Source: Alphaproteobacteria bacterium
Lineage (GTDB): Bacteria; Pseudomonadota; Alphaproteobacteria; Bin95
Assembly (NCBI GenBank): GCA_965205265.1
Contig: CBDBGH010000003.1
Coordinates: 5,120,001 to 5,184,000, forward strand
Length of the DNA: 64,000 bases
Reading direction: 5' to 3'
In this document: positions 62,947 through 64,000 of the stretch, piece after piece
How the letters are laid out: the number at the start of each line of letters is the position of its first letter
How positions within the stretch are numbered: position 1 is the first letter of the stretch
Position numbers and translations under genes: made by a program
Notes under the pieces: generated by a model
What the model was told of the DNA's origin: nothing
Databases searched by the model: none
Seen by the model: only the letters and a program-made list of their open reading frames with translations

Positions 62947-63480
62947 CTACAGTCCGAAATCGAGGCGGGTGAACAGCGGGACGAGCCGCACGCCTTCGCG
63001 GGCGAGATTCGCTTCCGCGCCCTCCCGGCGGTCCACGACGGTATAGAGTGTTTCTACCCGGGCACCGGCGGCCCGCGCCGCCTCGACAGCGATCAGGGCA
63101 GATCCTCCGGTTGTCGTCACATCCTCGAACAGCAAGACCTCGCCACCCCTCGGCAGCCACCCCTCGACACGGCGGCCGGTGCCATGACCCTTGGCCTGCA
63201 TGCGCACGAAAAAGCCGCGGAGCGGGCGTTCCGTGCGGTGGCTCAGGACGCAGATCGCCGCCACGACAGGCAGGGCGCCGATGGCGACGCCGCCTATATG
63301 GTCCGCCCGCTCCGCGGCGATCTTCTCAAGGAATGTCTCGGCCAGCAGGGACAGTCCCTCCGGGTCGAGCATGACCGGCTTCATGTCGACAAAGAAATCC
63401 GTGGTCGCGCCCGAGGCCAGAACGAAGCGCCCCCGGGACAGGGCCTGTTCGGAAATCAAGGCGTGAAGGCGGTCCCGCAT
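62947..63480 (-). CDS. pyrE: Orotate phosphoribosyltransferase
   Basis: GRFVLASG..FFVD, KGHGT..VEG, FEDVTTTGGS and VVDRREG motifs. Confidence 0.9.
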   Translation of the reverse strand: MRDRLHALISEQALSRGRFVLASGATTDFFVDMKPVMLDPEGLSLLAETFLEKIAAERADHIGGVAIGALPVVAAICVLSHRTERPLRGFFVRMQAKGHGTGRRVEGWLPRGGEVLLFEDVTTTGGSALIAVEAARAAGARVETLYTVVDRREGAEANLAREGVRLVPLFTRLDFGL

Positions 63481-64000
63481 GGCCCGATGTCGTCCTCCGG
63501 CAATATCCCGGCAGCCATGCCCGCCACGCCGTCGAGGCGGGCTCCGGCGAAGTCCGATCCTGCCGCAACCGCACCGGTAAAGTCCGCCCGGTCGAGCCAG
63601 GCGTCCCGGAAGTCGGTTCCGTCCAGACGGGCCTGCCGGAAAAGAGCCCGGCACATCCGGGCTCCCTCAAACCTGCCGCCGGTCAGATTGGCCCCGGTGA
63701 AGTCGGCGCCCGAGGCGAACAGACGCCGCGCGTCCGCGCCGCGCAGATCGGACCGCGCCAGCTTCGCGCCTGCCAGGGTCGTCTCCGCCAGACACAGGCC
63801 GACCAGGATGGCGTCGGTAAAGTCGGCTCCGTTCAGATTGGCGCCGAAGGCATCCGCATCCGTCAAGTCCGCGCCGGCAAGCACGATCCCCGGCAGGTTG
63901 GCGGCCCGCAGGCGGGCCCTGGTCAGATTGGCCCCGGCGAGATCGAGGCCCGGCAGGGAGACGGAAAGAAGGTCGATTCCGCGCAGGTCCACGCCCCGGA
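63456..64000 (-). CDS. Pentapeptide-repeat protein, partial (5' end outside window)
   Basis: Continuous pentapeptide repeats. Confidence 0.88.
   Translation of the reverse strand, partial: RGVDLRGIDLLSVSLPGLDLAGANLTRARLRAANLPGIVLAGADLTDADAFGANLNGADFTDAILVGLCLAETTLAGAKLARSDLRGADARRLFASGADFTGANLTGGRFEGARMCRALFRQARLDGTDFRDAWLDRADFTGAVAAGSDFAGARLDGVAGMAAGILPEDDIGPCGTAFTP

Overview
GC-rich, mobile-element-dense accessory region, probably part of a large plasmid or ICE of a host-associated alphaproteobacterium. The ankyrin cluster, Slam/lipoprotein pair and IS load resemble sponge-symbiont genomes (inference only). Left part: a type II-C CRISPR-Cas locus (cas9-cas1-cas2, 11 spacers, tracrRNA) whose cas9 has lost its last 14 codons to an ISKra4-like insertion with a 9-bp TSD. 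It is followed by an Rnl1 RNA ligase/RNase H-like/Uma2 cluster, a zeta-like TA pair, split spermidine-synthase genes, an orphan type I-like mini-array, recQ and three ankyrin genes. Centre: a catalytically intact TnpB inside a 1337-bp element with 23-bp terminal inverted repeats and an 8-bp target duplication. This is DDE-type rather than IS200/IS605 or IS607 architecture and is the best candidate for a novel system here. Next comes a 25-kb quasi-palindrome: IS21 copies flank a 4.5-kb inverted duplication (Slam plus surface lipoprotein) around four tyrosine recombinases in two divergent pairs. Right part: truncated fitAB and Rep_3, a rare tRNA-Ile(UAU), hicAB, a Macro-SLOG-NADAR triple fusion, DUF2958, pentapeptide proteins and pyrE. 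All family calls come from motif recognition by eye; no database searches were run.
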